Source: a virus
Lineage: Duplodnaviria; Caudoviricetes
DNA length: 64,000 bases
IMG/VR virus record: IMGVR_UViG_3300037067_001795
Location: 1 to 64,000 of that record
Strand: one strand, 5' to 3'
Below are positions 61,849 through 64,000 of this stretch, piece after piece; positions within the stretch are counted from its first letter, which is position 1, and each line of letters begins with the position of its first letter. The notes beneath the pieces were generated by a model, which worked only from the letters and a program-made list of their open reading frames with translations, made no database searches and had not been told where the DNA came from. The position numbers were made by a program, and so were the translations under genes.

Positions 61849-63999
61849 TCAGTTTTTCTGATTGGGGTTCCAGTTGTCGGTGGGTTTCAGTTTGTCTGTC
61901 ACGTCCACTATCTTTAGGCCACCACCATCCATAAGCTGATAACCCCAGGCCCTAGAAGCACTGGACAGCGGAACAGATCCATGAGATTCAGCGTACAGAT
62001 CCTTTGACCCCCAATAGAACTTTGGATCCACTAAGGCTGACTCGTGCACTTCTACGAGCAACCCTGCAGAACCCTTAGCTGCTCCTCCATAGATCGGGAT
62101 GGGCTCCTTAGAGAAGTTTGTAGTACCACCGTGATCAGCCGAACGACCAGGACCTAGCTCACCTGTTGTTAGAGCCTTATCAAAGTCTTCCTTTGTAACA
62201 AACCGATAGACATAGTCTTCTCGCGGTACGACGGTATCGCTGAATCGCTTTGTTACAGGAGCATTGTCGACTTGCTGCTGGATTTCTGCTTTCACGCTTG
62301 CTCCTCCGCCACCGCCCCCACTCCCAAACTTACCATCGGCGTCACGTGGTTGGTTTGGATTGTAGTTCTCAACCTTCTTCTTGCTTGGGAACGCAGCCAC
62401 CTCGTCACCCTCAGTCGTGACAACCTTCTCGCCCTCACGCATCTTGATAGTGCCGGGTGCTTCCTCGGGCACTGGAGGCGCAGGCACGTGACCGGGTACG
62501 ATCTCGTCCTCGGTGTCTGGGTTGGTCTTCTCGAGCTGGTCCATGGCACCTTCCAGCACTTCGTCAACCTCGTTCTGCGGCATCTCCATGATCCGTGTGA
62601 GGAAGTCGTTGGGAGCAATGAGGGCTTCCACATTGCCGCCGATGTACTTGGCCATGGCGTCCACGCGCTGGACTGCCACCTGTGCCTTCTCCAGCTCACT
62701 CAGTGCTTCCAGGTCTGGCCATACTGCGGAGTAACCCTGAGGCTCAGGCAGCACACCTACCATGATGCAACGGTCCACGAACGGTATGATCATGCGAGGC
62801 GTGAGGTACTTACCCTGCCTAGCACGCATGCGATCGTTCCACGAGTCGCTATCCTGAGAAGAAGCCAGCTCGCCGCGCTCGGATCCTTCGAAGATACGGC
62901 GTGGAACAGCCAGTTCGATGCAGATAGCACCGATCTGAACGTCGATCTGCGGCGTAGGATCCACAACCTGCGGAGCTAGGCTCTTCGCACTCATGCCCAT
63001 CAGAGCCATGTATCGCTGCAACCCGTTCATGTACTGCTCCATCTGCTCGCGCAGCGCAGCAGCATCCACGTTCACGTCGCCGCCTAGCTGCGGATGGGTC
63101 TCCAGCGACCAGCCGGGAAACGCTCCACGGAAGTACATTTCGGCACTACCACCATAGAGCTTGCGCAGGTCTAGGATCCTGTGCAATACCGGCTTCATGC
63201 GCGGCGTGCCGAAGATCTCAGAGCTGCCGCAGTTGTCGGCGATGTGAATGACTCTGGTCCAGTGCACCATCTTGGTAGCAAAGGGTAAGCCAATACCACC
63301 CTTGGTCCACTCGTTGGGGTCGTTGAACGTGATGCTGTACATGACCGGCTGACCATATCGCGGCGATGTAGGATTGGTCTCGTACTGAGCAATCTGCACC
63401 AACGACTCATCAAACGCCCTCATGAACAACAGACGACGACCCTTGGTCTTGTCCTTGTCCACGTTCAGTGTGTACACGTTACCCGTAGGCTTGGCTGGTG
63501 CCTTCACTTCCGCGGGCTGCTCTTGGCCCTTGACTGGAATGTCTACAGGCTCGGACCACTTCTCCTCGACGCCGCGGACTGGCTTGCTCAGCTCTTGGCC
63601 GTCATCCAGACCTAGCAGCAGCACACCGAAGCAGCCTATTCCACTCAGCACGTCAGCACGGCGCAGGTACTCCCAGATCGGTGAGCCTTCCTCGCCTTGG
63701 CCACGGTACCAGCTACGTCCACGTAGGCTGTTGCTGAGGTTTTCCCATGCTGTCTCAAACTCCGTGGTCGCCTCGCTGTCCTCGTCCTCGTACACCTCCG
63801 GCTCGTTCTTCCAGGACTCGTTAGGTATCACGTTGACCACGCGATTGCCGATAGGATCCTCGTCGTACAGTTCACGGTAGCCGTTTGGCTCCATGCCGCC
63901 GTCAGGGTAACCGCACTCCACCTTGAGGTCACGCCGTGGATCCAGCAGCTTCTGCAGTAGCTCAGATCGCTGCATCATTGCGTTGAACAGAATTTCGTT
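61849..63999 (-). CDS. portal protein (DUF1073-like) with a C-terminal cargo domain; start outside window
   Basis: ADVLSGIGCFGVLL, HWTRVIH, FGTPRMKPV, GSERGELASSQD; the frame stays open to the window edge (NEILFNAMMQR). Confidence 0.88.
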   Translation of the reverse strand, partial: NEILFNAMMQRSELLQKLLDPRRDLKVECGYPDGGMEPNGYRELYDEDPIGNRVVNVIPNESWKNEPEVYEDEDSEATTEFETAWENLSNSLRGRSWYRGQGEEGSPIWEYLRRADVLSGIGCFGVLLLGLDDGQELSKPVRGVEEKWSEPVDIPVKGQEQPAEVKAPAKPTGNVYTLNVDKDKTKGRRLLFMRAFDESLVQIAQYETNPTSPRYGQPVMYSITFNDPNEWTKGGIGLPFATKMVHWTRVIHIADNCGSSEIFGTPRMKPVLHRILDLRKLYGGSAEMYFRGAFPGWSLETHPQLGGDVNVDAAALREQMEQYMNGLQRYMALMGMSAKSLAPQVVDPTPQIDVQIGAICIELAVPRRIFEGSERGELASSQDSDSWNDRMRARQGKYLTPRMIIPFVDRCIMVGVLPEPQGYSAVWPDLEALSELEKAQVAVQRVDAMAKYIGGNVEALIAPNDFLTRIMEMPQNEVDEVLEGAMDQLEKTNPDTEDEIVPGHVPAPPVPEEAPGTIKMREGEKVVTTEGDEVAAFPSKKKVENYNPNQPRDADGKFGSGGGGGGASVKAEIQQQVDNAPVTKRFSDTVVPREDYVYRFVTKEDFDKALTTGELGPGRSADHGGTTNFSKEPIPIYGGAAKGSAGLLVEVHESALVDPKFYWGSKDLYAESHGSVPLSSASRAWGYQLMDGGGLKIVDVTDKLKPTDNWNPNQKN

Positions 64000-64000
64000 G

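Noticed and set aside
1-64000. tRNA, rRNA, integrase, terminase, reverse transcriptase/DGR
   Set aside because: No supporting motifs seen by eye. The terminase probably lies beyond the right edge; a tRNA scan was not run.

Overview
This window is most of a temperate-looking or lytic tailed phage genome (siphovirus-type, ~670-aa tape measure). The host is probably a Planctomycete (inference from CsrA, the tail-protein style and a papain-type lysis cassette). Left arm (1-18.7 kb, minus strand): primase, MazG, a thymidine-hypermodification cluster (dUMP hydroxymethylase-type TS, Nmad2, P-loop kinase, aGPT-Pplase1/HMUDK-helical), family A DNA polymerase, SSB-like protein, CsrA, Sak4, exonuclease, UDG and RuvC. 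Middle (18.9-24.9 kb, plus strand): early genes, including a ParB-like protein and an SF1 helicase. Right arm (25.1-64 kb, minus strand): portal, MuF, protease/scaffold, capsid, head-tail, lysis and tail genes, then a nine-gene sugar-synthesis/glycosyltransferase cluster. Two features stand out. (i) Two 7-unit arrays of covarying stem-loops, each unit stem-GA-N9-TGTAACCGA-N9-TG-stem on the minus strand, flank a nuclease-less IS110/Nop-domain gene; this is a TIGR-Tas-like RNA-guided system (13403-15061). (ii) An Ala1 intein in MuF carries, on its antisense strand, a complete HTH + DUF559-like endonuclease ORF with its own RBS and TATAAT box (58198-58983). Also notable: a repeated YNPNQPRD-G-GGG tag that introduces effector-like cargo domains in three head proteins, a FeeM-like N-acyl synthase, and two candidate structured ncRNAs. 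All family assignments come from motif recognition by eye; no database searches were run.
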